From Macrostomum lignano (Eukaryota): a stretch of DNA of 64,000 nt. The notes under the pieces were generated by a model. It was not told where the DNA came from, searched no databases, and was given only the letters and a program-made list of their open reading frames with translations. The position numbers and the translations under genes were made by a program. Position 1 is the first letter of the stretch. Each line of letters starts with the position of its first letter. Below, piece after piece: positions 41,501-55,837 of the stretch. The stretch is from positions 1-64,000 of the forward strand of contig NIVC01002301.1 of assembly GCA_002269645.1 (NCBI GenBank), written 5' to 3'.

Positions 41501-44500
41501 AGTGTGAAACTAGCATTTCCTGCTTGTCTCTACTCAGATGTGCTGTGCAAAGGGCCTGTCAACTTAAGCTCATAAAGTGGAGCCCGAGTAACCTATGTAC
41601 ACAAATGATCCGTCATTCTGTTCACAGTGACACCAGGAAGCTGGATTTGGCAAAAAGCGACGAATATTGGACTTGGGATGGGGGAGACACACAATGGGAT
41701 AATTAGGGATTATTATGTAAACTTGAGCGCATAAGGTGGAGTCCTTAATTATCCCCTTTCCTGTTCTCTCAACCCAAGTCCAATTTTTGTCACTTTGTTT
41801 TCAAATCCAGCTTCCTGGTGTCACTGTAAACAGAATGACGTATCATTTGTGACATAAGCTACTCGGGCTCCACATTATGAGTTTAAGTTGACAGACAGGC
41901 CCTTTGTGATTCCACCTTGGTAAAATAAATAGCTACTTGCTTCATTTAGGGTTTTGAAGTCCAGAAGGGAGTAATTTGTCTTCTATTTGTGCAATAAAAC
42001 TGAATCTAACTGTCTCATCAACTTGTCCGCCAGGTCCTGCGGCCCCAGTGCCCCGACGGCAGCACCTACTGCTACGTGAGCAACGCCTGCTTGGCAGTCG
42101 GTCAGTCCTGCGGTCGCCAGCCCAGCGTGCGCAGCTTCGCCTGCATCGGCGGCGACCGATGGAGCCTTCAGAAGCGGCGGTGCTCGAATGCCGCTGGACC
42201 GGCCAGCCAGTTCCCCATCTTTGCCGGCCAGCTGTTGAGCATCAAACGGGTGCAGCTGACAGTCGCCAGCGCCGGCTTCAACTCGCTGCAGCTGAACGCC
42301 AGCCAAGAGCAGCACCTGCATCTGCTGCCCGGCGACATCTTGGCCGTGTCCGATCCTGGCCAGGCAGTGTCCGTGCGCGAGCAGCAGCCTCGGCCGGACT
42401 ACTTTGTTGAGTCATCTGGCATCGCGGACAATGCCACCAGCCTGGCGGCCACCGCAGCGCCGCCTTCGACGCTCGGCCTCGCCAAGTCGGTCGAGTTTTT
42501 CGGCTACCGGGGTGGCAGCGTGAGAGCCAGCGCCGTCCTGGGAAATAACACCTGCTCCGGCGGAAGCCACCTGGACTGCCCCGACGAGTACATGTACAAC
42601 GTGAGCGTGACATTTGCAAATCACCTGGCCGATACGGCTGTGCTCAGCAGGCTGGTCCGGGTGCAGGTGCCAATACTGGGCGTGAGAATCGTGACTAACG
42701 CCACTCACTGTGAGTTGCAAAAATGTTTTTAGACTTCATTTCCAGTTACAAGAGGATGCAATAAATTACGAAATCCATTGCAGACAAAACCAACGCAATA
42801 GTCAGCTTCTACGTTCTCCAGCACCAAGGCAGCCAGCCATTGTACACTTGGAACTTCACGGATGGCACTCGAACAGGTCCGGAGTTGCAGCAGCAGTGGA
42901 ACTTCACCAGCCCGGGACCCCGAACTGTGCAGACTGAGTCGACCAACTATATTTCTGGAAATTGGTCAAACATATTGGTGAGGGAACATCGACAATATAA
43001 AGTAACGTAACGTGCATTTTGTTGTATCAAAAACAACCCAATACGAGTAATAAATTAAATCTGTTTCAGCTCATCTACGTACAAAACCCGGTGACGACCG
43101 ACAAAGTCTACTGGAACGTCAGCGAGCTGCTCGGGCTGACTTCGTCAGGCCCAGTAAATGGCGTCGCTACGCTCTTCTGCGACAACAGTGCCGAGTTCCT
43201 GCCCACAAACGCGTCAGTCATCCTTGACTTTGGAGACGGAACTCCAGCGAGCTCTGGCCTGCTTACCTGGGACCCAACAACTGACAGAGAAGCCTTCAAT
43301 CACCCTTACACCAAGAGAGGAACATACAATGCGACAGCAATAGTTGAAAATCAGGTTTCCCGCATTGAACTCAAGCAGTCGGTTGTCGTTCAAGAAATTA
43401 TTTTCGAAGCTCAGATTGAGACACTTAGCTCAACTTTCGCGAAGTCTCCGCTGCAAACGCTTGCCCAGTTTAATGTTAGCGTGCAGTTCGGCTCGGACTT
43501 CACGGCTGATGCTGACTTTGGCGACGGACACACAGTGACGGTGCCAGATCAGGGAGCGAACCGGTGGTTCACGCTGACCCACAACTTCACTGTGCCTGGC
43601 AACTACACTGTCACGGTTCGGCTGCAGAATCGAGTTGGCTCCGTCACCTGTTCAACAGAGATTAGCATTGTGATTGGCGATCCCCGCGAGTTCCTGCTTG
43701 CTCTGCGCGATCCATCGCCCCTGCTGCTGCCGGGTCCAACGTACCAGCTGCCTGTCCCGATACTGCTCTGTAGAAATCGGACTGTCGACACGCCGCAGCC
43801 TCTGTTCGACATCAACCTCACACTTTCGCTAAACAATACGGCTGCTTCAATGAGAACTGAGCACTTAATCCAATGTACAGCAGGTACTGCTGCTCAGGAC
43901 GCCGCGTGCGCAGCTGTAAATTCGGAGTTCAGATTCTGCTTTGCACTCGAGCTGACACTGGGAGACCCTGAAACTATTAGAGCGCTGCTCACCATTCCGA
44001 GCCGGCTTTCCGACCAGACGTCGCAGCTAATCTTCTTGCTGCTCCCCGACCTATTGGCAACCACAATCCAGGCCAATTTACACCCCGATTTCGCCCTCGA
44101 CAGTCTGAAAATGTCGGCTGCCGCCAGGCAGATTTTCCCCATGGAGAAAGCGGTCAAGTTTGTCCTGACGATTCCCTTCTTTGGCAGGAGCCCCGTCACC
44201 TGCCAGTGGGACTTTGGCGATAGTAGCTTGGCAACGAATTCTCTCGCTCAGGTGGAACACTCGTACAATAGGCCTGGAAATTACTCAATTTCTGTCAACG
44301 TTTCGAACGCAATCAGCTGGAAAGTTGTCACTATTTCGATCACTGTGCAAAAGTCCATATTTGGCATCGGCCTGAATGCTGAAGAATCGAATGGTATAAA
44401 CGCTGCGAATCCGGTCTTGGTCAACCTGGGCACGCCCGGCACAGAGGCCTGCTATCAAATCGACTTCTCGGCTTGGGGCTCAGCACTCAGCGACGGGATC

Positions 44501-47500
44501 AGCTACCATGTATTTGGTTACAGGCCATTCTGCGAGTCAAGCGGCCTATTCCAGATGGGCATGAACAGTGTATGGATGACTGACCTAACGGACTTTTACA
44601 ATCGAGTTTACAACGCCTCTGTCCATGGCCAACCAACTGGGGGAAACGGAATCCTCAGCAAAAGTGTAGCACAGGAGGGCGCAAAAAATGTCACATTCTT
44701 TGCTGCAAACACGGTTTCCCGTGAGACGCATTCTTGGCTGATGGTGGTGGGCAAGGGCCGCTGCGTCTATCCGACGTCGTATCTATCCCGCTGGACAGCT
44801 CCGAGGTACATGCGGAATACCATGATACAGTTGGAGAGCAACCTCGTGATCAACTGCTTTAGCACGAGCGTCACTGTTCGCTGGACAATTGAAGTCTACA
44901 ATGCTACGGAGAATAGTTGGAAAAGCTACGCTCCGGAGTTAACCGCATTCTTTAACAACTATCCTGAACTCACTGGCAACATGTCATTCTCATATTACTC
45001 TGACGGCGTCATGTACGAAAACCTGAACCTTCATCTCCGCAGTCTGAACCTGCCAGCCTTCAGCCTTCGGGCGATGCGAACTTACCGCGTGACCTTTCAA
45101 GCATTCATGACAATCCTGCCATTGCTGAAAGTTGAAGAGAGTGTGGTATTCGAAGTGATCACTGGCGCTCTGCAGCCCTGTCTCAAGACAGTCGTTTATG
45201 ACAATGAGCAGAAGCAATGGTTCCAGACGGGAAGTCAAATTCAAACAATGTGGGGAAATCCGGTCTCTCTTGACCCAACCTGCAGCTCAAATCCAAATCT
45301 GTTTCTCGAAGGTGGCGAGGTCAGCGACCTGAAGTATGAGTTTTACTGCTACCGCAGCTGCGAGCCCAGGATCATGCTGGACTCGAATCTTCAATACGAC
45401 ATCAACTGGCAGGGCCACGGCTGTCCCGATAGCTCAGCCAGCGGTGGCTATCTACGCGGCTGCTTTCTGGCGAACATCTGGAGCACGTATGTACACCGGC
45501 TGAAGGCCCTGAATCTCTCTAGTTGGCAGGTCGACTTAGCCAACTCCCAGTTCAGTGATCCGGGCATACAGGCCATCTACGAGGATTCGGCGTTCGCTAA
45601 CTGGCGCACGGACAGCCTGAGTGGCAAGTACAACCACCTATACTACATGGACGGCGAAGTATTGAGATTGAATACGAACTACATGTTTGAACTTGACGAC
45701 CACGTGCTGCTCATGGTGGTGAGAGACGCAGCACACCCGGATGTTCCACCGGTCATGTCCAGGATTACGCTTAGCTTAACGAGGGGACCATCGCCAATGA
45801 TTGGTGTTCAGTGAGTGCAATCTCCGTGAAAAGTTTTCTGCATATCTTTAGTTCATGTTATGGAACCCGACCTTCTCTAGTCGGCAGGTCGACAGTTTTC
45901 GTCAAAACTGATAGATTCACAATTAAGTACTTTTGCTTTTTTATTTGCAGGTGCGTGAGCAACTGCATGGCGAGAAATTTCAGCAACTCTTGCAACGCGG
46001 ATGCCATCATGGTCAACCAGGATATTCCACTGAAGTTCCAATCATTCATTTCTAACTATGTGCCCAGCGTTAAGTATCATTTTAGGTGGCAGCTTTCGCG
46101 ACTCGACACTCCTTTTGGCACCTGTCCGACGGAACTCAGCAGTGCTAATATCACTGCGTACCTGGATTCGCTGGAGGCTGATGGCAGCTTGGCTCGTTGG
46201 AATATTGTGGGTAAGCATGCCTTTGCGTTTTTGACTTGAAAGGCCCAAAGGGGTTGGCTGTCCGTGCTAATAGAGGAGTTGCATCCTATATAGTGTTTAG
46301 AGCGTCTGACTCACGACTGAAAGGTCGGGGGTTCGATTCCAGAATCCCGACCCACTCGGAACAATTTATGTCCTTGAGTGAGACACTTAACTCTGCATTG
46401 CTTCAGTTCGAATTAGCTGGGGTATTTGAGGCTGTGTGGCGACCCCCCAGTCCTTGGTCTGAACAGCCGTACGCAGCCTCAGATGCACCGCGCAATAGCT
46501 GCGGCTAAGTTGTCTGTTGCATTAGTGCAGGTGTAATAAATTATTAGTAACATTACTAGGAAGGACATGTTTTGTTTCGTTTTAAATTAAAAACTACGTA
46601 TTAATTTTTCTACTAAAATTTTTCAGGAGGACGCGACTACACACAAACTGGTAAGATTGTTTTTATTTAAAAGTATTCATGGTCTGCGTTAAGTAGTCAC
46701 GGTGAAATACTGCTATTGTTAATGCATTGAAAATGTAGGCATTGAGTCATCCGGCATGTCGCTGATCTGCAAAGGCTTCTTCCAGCCGATCAATGGGTAC
46801 TATATTCTGCGCATCAAGTCCTGGCGAGGCAACTCGTCGGAAAACTACGGCTACCAAGTGGTCTACCTTGCTATTAACGACGTACCGAATGTGGCCTCGC
46901 TGGCTGTCACCGTCACGCCGAGCCAGGGCGTCTCCGTACTGGACAAATTTCAGATTGAGTGCACAGGAGCCTCCGATTCTGACGAACCGCTGACGTACAC
47001 CATAGGCTACTCGCAGCTACCCAGTCCAACCAGCATGCAGCAGTGCTCACCGATCGCCATCTGTGAGTTTGATTTGCAGTCGTGGGATTTCTAACGCCGC
47101 AACAATGCGCATTGGATTTATAAACTGTTGTAACGCTCATAATTTCAACCCTTTCAGCGGAGTCTGCATGCCGCCTGCCGAGCAAAAAGGCGCTGCCGCC
47201 AGGACTGATGTTCATCGGGCACCGGCTGTCGATTTGCATCTTGGTGACCGACGCCAACCAGGCCTCCAGCTTTGCCACCTTCCAGTCGGTGATAGTAACT
47301 CCCGGCGGCATCTCGTCGCTGAACGATTTGAACAACGAAATCACGGAGATCGAAAGCTCCACCGCTCTGGGAAATATCAATCAGCTAACGGGGGCCGTCT
47401 TGCCAATCCTAGCCGTTCTCAACACGGACGCAGCAAATGGGGCGACCAAAATGGTAGCATCGAGCACCCTCACTAGTGAGACAATGGCAACGACAATTAC

Positions 47501-50500
47501 TGGAGACTCAACAGCTACTACTGCCAGTAGCACGGTTTCAACCGCAACTACTACTGCAAAAACTGCGTCAACATCAGCTAGCAGCTCAACCGGCAGCGCC
47601 ACAACTGCGCCTTCGACCACGAGTGGCATCACATCGGCCGAGCGCATGGCACTGAGGAATAAAATTTTGGACTATATAACAACCACCGTCGAAAACATGC
47701 TCAAAACTCTGCCAGCAATAATGCAGCTCAACAATATCATTCAAGCGACAGCGATGTACAACTATGCAACCTCTGTGCCGACGGAGCTGACGCCGCAGGG
47801 CATCGAGCGCAGCAGCAAGGGACTGTCGCTGGTTAGCCAGAGTCTACAGTCTGCAGTAAAGGAAGAGATTGTCACTTTTGACAGCGTGAAAGCCACGACT
47901 ATCGACTTCATGCGAGCGGCCAGGAATGTGCTGCAGCCGACAGTGGAAAACCTGAAGGACATCAGCTTCTCGGAGCAATTCAACCAATCGTCAACTGACG
48001 CCAAGAAGCAGCTCTCGAAGCCAGCGCTGGACATTATGCAGTCGATCGAGGACTGCGGCAAAGCGGTGGCAAAGAAGATTGTCACTCGAGACGCTGACAC
48101 GGTTATGCAAGCAGACGGTCTAGTGCTCAATATCCGTCGAAACCAGTCGAAGGACATGGAGAAACGTGAGTTCTCACAACACGAGCGTAAATTATGTCGT
48201 AGAAACCTCGTGTAAGCAAAGTTTTTTATGTGCAACAAGTACAAGTTGAATACTGTGACAAAATAACATGCAGTCGCACCTGCAAGTGTCACGGTTCATC
48301 GGCTCCGCACTTAGTGGTCCGAAATTAAGAAGTCCCTGACTTTAGCATGACATAAAAGTGATCTCAGTAACACGCCCATTCAATTAAAACTGTTTTTGAA
48401 ACTCCAGTGAAAGTGGCGATTCGAGATGAAAGCAGCAGCGATTGCAGCTACTTTCGGCTGGGCAACAACGCCAACTCGCAGGGCGACTCGTTTTTCTCGG
48501 AGCCGGACCCGACCTTTCCAGGCAGGACGCGGCCCTCTCAGACGGTGGTAACAACCGTAAGATTGCGCCTATCTGTTTGAAACTACAAGCTTTCATACAT
48601 CATAAGCGTCAGTTAGAACTTCGAGTTGAAGTTGTGTGTGCTGGCGAGTTCTTGCCTTCCTTGCTGAAACCAGCTGATTAGTAAAACATAATCTTGTAGA
48701 CTGAAGCCCTGTATGCGTTGCAAGCTACTGTCTTTAGTGTGCTTAGCCAAATACTACGGCTTTGATGAGTAAACCATTTTATTTAAGTTTCAACATCTGA
48801 AAGCTTATCATTCATTTTTGTCTAATCATTTTTAGGTGATCAAAAGCGATCTCAATGCCTACCAGCTGGCTACTCCGGAGGAGGCGAGTCCCAGCTACTC
48901 CTACTCAATGAGCATGATGAACGAGAACGCGCTGGAATTCGCGGTCACCGATCTTGACGACCAGTCCTGGGTTGAGATGCGCCTATTGCGCAATGTGAGC
49001 GCCAGCAAGCTCACTGATGTCTACTTGACAACCAGACCGAGGTCTGACAGGATGGGAAAGCACGTTATCACTATCAGCAAGGGCTCGTCTCTGTTTGTAA
49101 AGGTAGAGCGCTACATCAACTACAGAAGCCTCGCAAGTTCCGACAGTTTGCCAACGGAAGACTTCGAAATTTTGGTCTTCCTTCGAAAAGACGGCACACC
49201 GTCGGAGAGAAACTACGACCATCTGTGCCAACTACCGCTGCTCAGGCCCAGGGTCGCCTGCGGTCCGCCAAGCCAGGTTGTTGATCAGACGCTCGACTCA
49301 AACTACACGATAGGTCTGTGCAACTGCACCAAAGCAGCGGATGGGAGCTACACAAACTGCCTGTACGCTGGCTAGCCGAACGGCTTATCGCTCCAGTCAG
49401 AGGCTGGTTGGGAGCTGGCCCACTGCCAGTGCCTTGAAAACCGCTGCTTCCGACAAGGCGCCTGCGCCGCTGCTCAGGACTTGCTGCCGGATCCATGGAC
49501 CTGCTTCTTTCCCAGCGATTCACTTGGCACGTAAGCATTCAGGGGAGCCTAATTAGCTAAACAGTTTTCGGGGAAAGATTGGTGTTTAGAAGAGAACACA
49601 GCTGGTGTTTAGGAGAGAACAAAACTTGTGTTTAGGAGAGAACAAAACTTGTGTTTAGGAGAGAACACAGCTGATGTTTAGGAGAGAACAAAACTTGTGT
49701 TTAGGAGAGAACACAGCTGGTGTTTAGGAGAGAACACAGCTGGTGTTTAGGAGAGAACACAGCTGGTGTTTAGGAGAGAACAAAACTTGTGTTTAGGAGA
49801 GAACACAGCTGGTGTTTAGGAGAGAACACAGCTGGTGTTTAGGAGAGAACACAGCTGGTGTTTAGGAGAGAACACAGCTGGTGTTTAGGAGAGAACACAG
49901 CTGGTGTTTAGGAGAGAACACAGCTGGTGTTTAGGAGAGAACAAAACTTGTGTTTAGGAGAGAACACAGCTGGTGTTTAGGAGAGAACAAAACTTGTGTT
50001 TAGGAGAGAACACAGCTGGTGTTTAGGAGAGACGTGAGTTTTTGAGGACACAGAGCCGATTTTGGGAAGCTTGCCTCTTAAATTTGCTTGATTTGAATAT
50101 TCATCTGCAACCCAACGCAGACGAGGTGCGAAACAGAAGTGGCGCTTCGGCGTGAGAATGCTGAAGATTCCCGCTAGCGGCAGAGAAAAGTTCAGCGACA
50201 CCTCAATTGGCAATCCGACTGGACGGTTGAACATCGACAGAAGTCTCTATATCGAAGCTGAAGTGAAGCTGTCGTCTTACATATCAGCCTGCAACTACGT
50301 AAATTTGAAGGACTTCCAGCTGGAGAATACGGGATTATATGTGAGTCAACTTTTATATCATGAACAGGGTGCAGTGAACCCATTGTTGTGAAGGTGTTGC
50401 AACATTTTTTCAATTGCCAACCAACTCCGCATCAGGAGGGTCGGTGCTCCACGCCCACCATGCTGCACTGCTACTCGCGCCACTTGACCTCATTCATGGC

Positions 50501-53500
50501 TAATTTCTACGTGCCGCCCATCGAGTTTGACGCGGCCGACTCGTCCTGGCTGCGGCTCGACACCAACCCCATCGCATTCGCCCTGTGCATTGCCGTTGTC
50601 TGTCTTTACCTCATCGTAATAGTCTGGGCCAGGCGCAAGGACGAGCGCGACCTCATCCAAGTGGGCATTGTGCCGCTCATCGACAATTACCCGGCAGATC
50701 CATACCGGTAAACTGCTTGTTGGGGCTGGTTGCTATGAGCAGTGCCGGATTAAAATATTCTCAGTTTGGAGATTTTACGAGTATTCCAGGCAAAGTAGCA
50801 ATTGTTATCCTTTTTGAACTGGGATGAAATGTAACTGTGGTTATAGTTCACGATTATTTATCTTGACTCTGCCTTGATATTGTAGATTGTCAAGAAATAT
50901 TATATTTTAAACTTTGGGAGAAAATGATCACAACTCACATAACATAAGAGAACCCAATAAAACGCAGTGACGGAGGCATCCTGCTGTACAACGCGGAGAT
51001 GCGGATGTTGACAGTTGGCAGTTGGACTCGTGCTCAGCTGCAAATTAGACCCATCATCCTGCACCTTCACAACTGGAAGATCCACTTGTCGCCCAACCTA
51101 GTCAGAAAGTCCTGCCTGTTGCTCACCTTCCAGGGTCCGCCCTTGACCCATCGACACGTGGACTGTCTGCCGTGCAATGCAGCCAACGGAGGCTGAATAT
51201 TTACGCTCAATCGCGCAGCGAAGCTTCCCATCTAACGCTCCCTGGCGAGCTTAGGGCTGCATATTTTGCTGTTTGCGTCACTGCTAGGAATCAGAAAAAA
51301 CCCACAATTCAGCTCCAGCTCGTAAGGTCTCTATAGTTGACAAAAAAAACTGTGATTACTGAAACACCTGCTCCGCAGGTACGAGCTCACCTTCTGGACT
51401 GGCAATCAGCGAGGTGCGGGCACCACTGCGAACGTGTGCTTCATTCTGACTGGCGAGAGCTGCGAATCGGGACGCCGGCCACTGAACACTCCGATTCGGC
51501 CGGTGCTGTCCAAAGGCAGCGTGGACACATTCCACATGACCACACCGCACAGCCTTGGCCGGCTTTCTCACCTGAGAATCTGGCACGACAACAGCGGCTC
51601 GGATCCCTGCTGGTACCTCAGCCGGGCGATGATCGTGGACCAGCAGACCGGGGAGAAGTACCACTTCATCTGCAACAGGTGGCTCTCGTGCGCAGAGGAC
51701 GATGGCATGGTATGGATAAAAACCAAAGATTTCTCGATAGATTGCAGATAATTTTACTGATTTTAGTAGAATCCATGATTTACTTTTGAGGCGAATATGA
51801 GTAGACCCGGATATCCACAAAACGCTTTGCTTGCAGTTAAGTTGTAGTCGCACCTGACTGTACTCTTTCTAAAACTTTTTTTTCGCGCTATCCCCACTAC
51901 TACATTCGAATGATCAAGAGCTGCTTGGTTTTAAATGTCCAGCTTCACCCATTAGATTTACTTTATCAATCCAAAACTGCCAAACCACCGTCAAGGTTGA
52001 ACGCGTGTTTCCCGTGGCCTCCGAGGAGGAGCTGCGCGCTTTCAATGTGGTGTTCTGGAGCAAGGCGCACGTGGGCATGCGCGACGGTCACCTGTGGCTG
52101 TCGGTGGTGACCAGGCCGGCTAGGAGCCGATTCACCCGAGTGCAGCGGGCCACCGCCTGCCTGGTGCTGCTCATGAGCACCATGATGGCCAACATGATGT
52201 ACTTCGACCAGACTAAGCACGTTGAGAGTCCGCGAATAGTGGAGATCGGCACGGTGAAGCTCACGCTGAACAGCCTCTACGTTGCCACGGTGTCCACGCT
52301 GGTCATTCTGCCAATTAACTTGCTAATCATCGTACTGTTCAAGTACCGCAGAGTCCGCCACTATGCCGCTGGCAAAAGCGAGGGCGGTTCGAAACCGGGA
52401 GCCGCTGACGCGCGTGAGTCGTCGAATAGACGACAGAGTCTGCGGCTCGAGCTGCTGCTGGCTTTGTACAGCGAGTTCAACACCGGAGACGATTACTGGC
52501 AGCCGGAGGTGACACCGCCGCCTACCGATCCAACCAAGCCGCTGACGCCGGCTTCAGCTCTCTCGGCCGGACAGTCGGCGGCCACTCCGCAGCAGCTGGA
52601 GTTGGTTGACCTGGCCGAGTCCCAGCAGCAGCCGGAACAGCCGGCCAGCTGTTGCCGTCGTCTGGCATCTGCTGTGTGGCCGCTGCCGTGGTGGTCGCAC
52701 TACGTTGGCTACGTGCTGTCCTTTGCCAGCGTGGCCGCCTGCGTCTACCTCATGGTGGAGTTTGGCGGCGTCCTGGGCGAGAAGAAAACAGCAGAATGGC
52801 TGGCCGCGATGGCCGTCACCGTGCTGGAGTCCGTGCTGCTTGTGCAGCCAATCAAGATCGCTTTGGTCATCCTGTTCTATGCTCTGATCTTCGGGAAGGT
52901 CAGCGAGGACGAAGACGAGATGATGCAGGAGCTTGAAAAACGCGGCGTGCCGAAAATTCACGAGGTCCTGCCGTTGCGCGACGCCTCCAACCTGCAGGCC
53001 ATGCGGCAGTTCCTGAGATCGCTGGCAGTGCGACAGCTCCGAAGCCGCACGTGCTCCAGCAGATGCGCAAGCTGAGGTGAGCGCGCCGAATCACGTAGCA
53101 CTTTGCATACTCTGCTCCGTGCGACCAAGGGGGGCTCTAAAGTCTACAAAATCAAGAATGTTTTAGAAAGTTAAAGCAGTAAGGAATGGATGAATTGAAG
53201 TATGGTTAGTGGACTTGAACGCTTAATGGGATTCTTGAGCACGTTTGCAATCCGACATTTTAGACTCCGAGAAAAGCAGCTGGACGCCATGATCAGAGAC
53301 GCCATATTCTATCTGATCTTCCTCACCATCCTCGTCCTGACTGCTTACACCAACACGGACAGCAGGGCCTACCTGCAGAACTCCAGCCTGCAGGGCATGC
53401 TGCTCGAAGCCAGTCACCTGGCTGAGTCGCGGCTCTCCAAGGGAGCGATCTATTCGATTGATCAGGTGAAAACCGCGCCGGACTTCTGGCAGTACCTGAA

Positions 53501-55837
53501 CAACACGGTCGTCCCCGCACTGTACCCCATGGCGTGCTACAACGGCAAGGCCTGCGGCATGCTGGCCAGCAATCTGGTTGGCGACTTTGCCGACTATCTG
53601 GTTCGGCAGCCGCGGCTTCGCCAGCTGCGCCTGAAGCCGGAAGCGGCGTGCCGTGTTGCTGGAGTATTCGCCGACTCCGTGCCCCCGTGCATCAAGGATT
53701 ACGAACTCGTTTACGATGACGAGCGCGCCTACCTGCCAGGCTGGCTGCTTCGAAACGGATCAGGTAGATGCTGCTCAAGTCCATTAGGACACCCGACAAT
53801 TTTTAGTGCTCTTTAAAGTGTAATTCTGCGAAACGAGAAAGTGTGGTGGTACGAGTCTACCAAGCTGTGGCAGTAAAAATTAAAAAAAATGTGGCAGAAA
53901 ATTGGCCAGAACTGGGACAGAGAGTGTACATGCCTGACGACTAGAATGTCAGGGCCGCTATACACTGTGTGAGCGTGGATAAGTGCGTGTCTGCGTACAG
54001 TATTGGCGCTTGCATGTGCTGTCGTCGGCGGTGGTTGTTGGACGATGTCGCAGAAGACAACCTTCCTGCAGTTTTTATTATTATTAATATTGGCATACGT
54101 ATCTTCTACCTAAATTTCCTAGATTAAAGCAGAAATTTTGAAAAGCCTCGCGTATTCTCTTTCTTTCTCAGCCGGGCCGGCCTACTCAGAGTGGAGCTAC
54201 ACAAGCGCCCTGGACTCTCTGGGCGTGCCCTTGGCAGGCCTGCTCGCCACCTACTCAGGCGGTGGATACTCAGCTTACCTTGGCGACTCTCGTTCGAGTG
54301 CCAGCGGCGCCATCAAAAACCTGTCCTCGCTGCACTGGCTGGACCGGCTGAGCCGCGGCGTCGTCCTGGAGCTGCTGCTGTACAACCCGGCCAGCAACCT
54401 GTACACCTACGCCAGCCTGCTGTTCGAAGCCTACAGGGGCGGCAGCTTCGTGGCCAATCCGAGCATCCGCACCATCCGGCTGGACCGCTACAGCGGACCG
54501 GAGGCGCTGCTGTACGCTCTGCTGGACCTGGCCAGCCTGCTGCTGGTCATCGCCTTCATCGTCCGGGAGGCTCGGGCTCTGTGGAGGAAGCGGTGGGCCT
54601 ATTTCCAGGTAATTTGGAAGCTGTTGTACAGGTATGGAATACAGTTTTCGGATCTGGGATGGTTCCAGGTAGCTTGCTTGTAGATGTATGACATTGGATA
54701 GTGTATAGGATGGAATAGAGTAGATGGGGATGGGATAGAGTAGATGGGGATGAGGATAGAGTAGATGGGGATGGGATAGAGTAGATGGTGATGAGGATAG
54801 AGTAGATGGGGATGGGATAGAGTAGATGGTGATGAGGATAGAGTAGATGGGGATAGGATAAAGTAAATGGGGATGGGATAAAGTAAATGGGGATGGGATA
54901 AAGTAAATGGGAAGGAGGATAGGATAGATGGGGATGGGATAGAGTAGATGGGGATGGGATAGATTTGTGTTGAGTCTAAAATAAATATCGCTTTGGTGAC
55001 GGTCCATACACGTACCTCGAAAACTTAACTAAAATGTTCCAAATTAACAATGCCTTTCACAAAAATGACACCAGGACCAGTTCAAGTGCCTAGACATCTG
55101 CCTGCTGCTGTTCTGCACAGCCGAGGTGGTTCTCTACCTGGTGAAGATTGCCGTGCAGCAGGCTTTGGCCAGCTTCATGCAGGCCAACCCGGACAAGTTT
55201 ATCGACTTCCAGTGGCTGATCGTGTACGATGAGGTACGGAGTTTGGCCTGAGCTACCTGAGTTTATAGAGATATGAGAGCATCTACTTGAGTGTGTAGAC
55301 ATATGAGAGTATCTACTTGAGTTTGTAGACATAGAACATCTACTTGAGTTTGTAGACATATGAGAGCATCTACTTGAGTTTGTAGACATATGAGAGCATC
55401 TACTTGAGTTTATAGACATATGAGAACATCTACTTGAGTTTGTAGACATATGAGAGCATCTACTTGAGTTTATAGACATATGAGAGCATCTACTTGAGTT
55501 CGTAGACATATGAGAGCATCTACCTGAGTTTATGGAGATAGGTGTATCTACCTGAGATTACTGCCAACTCCGAACCCGCAGATCAACCAGGTGTTCATCG
55601 GCATCATTGTGTTCCTCTTCACCATTCGGTTCCTTCGCCTGCTCAACTTCAACCGTCGAGGAGTTCTGCTGCTAGAGGTGCTGAAAACCGCGACTAAGCC
55701 GCTGTTTACTTTCGGCCTGATGGCCGGCCTTCTGTTTGTAGCGTTCGTGCTGGCCGGCCACCTGCTGTTCGCCTGCTCGATTCGGGAGTTTCGAAGCTTC
55801 ACCGCGGCTGCGGAGGCGCTGAGCATCCTGGCTACTA
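38527..55837 (+). CDS. Polycystin-1/PKD1-like (REJ-family) receptor; 3' end not visible in the window
   Basis: Signal peptide exon 38527-38599 and a WSC-like Cys domain (38678-39533). PKD repeats (DFGDG...HPYTKRG, WDFGD) lie in the long exon ~43070-45810, followed by the REJ region. GPS motif CYSRHLTSF (~50470), then TM1, PLAT (YELTFWTG...GSVDTF...RIWHDNSG...WYL) at 51379-51710, TM exons 52017-53077, TOP domain (PRLRQLR) and channel TMs to 55837. Confidence 0.9.
38845..39272. repeat. 41-bp minisatellite
   Basis: Unit GGCTATAGATTAGCAATCCATTCTATTCCTTCATCCGTGAT. Confidence 0.92.
39660..40165. repeat. 32-bp minisatellite
   Basis: Unit GAGATGAGATGGGATTCGAATAGAGGAGTCGG. Confidence 0.92.
46276..46545 (+). 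mobile_element. Diverged tRNA-derived SINE copy
   Basis: Same family as 9941-10242, with an internal deletion. Confidence 0.8.
49580..50030. repeat. 23-bp minisatellite with two unit variants
   Basis: GGTGTTTAGGAGAGAACACAGCT / TGTGTTTAGGAGAGAACAAAACT. Confidence 0.93.
54715..54962. repeat. ~20-23-bp purine-rich minisatellite
   Basis: Unit approximately GATAGAGTAGATGGGGATGG. Confidence 0.9.
55255..55550. repeat. 30-bp minisatellite
   Basis: Unit GAGTTTGTAGACATATGAGAGCATCTACTT. Confidence 0.92.
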
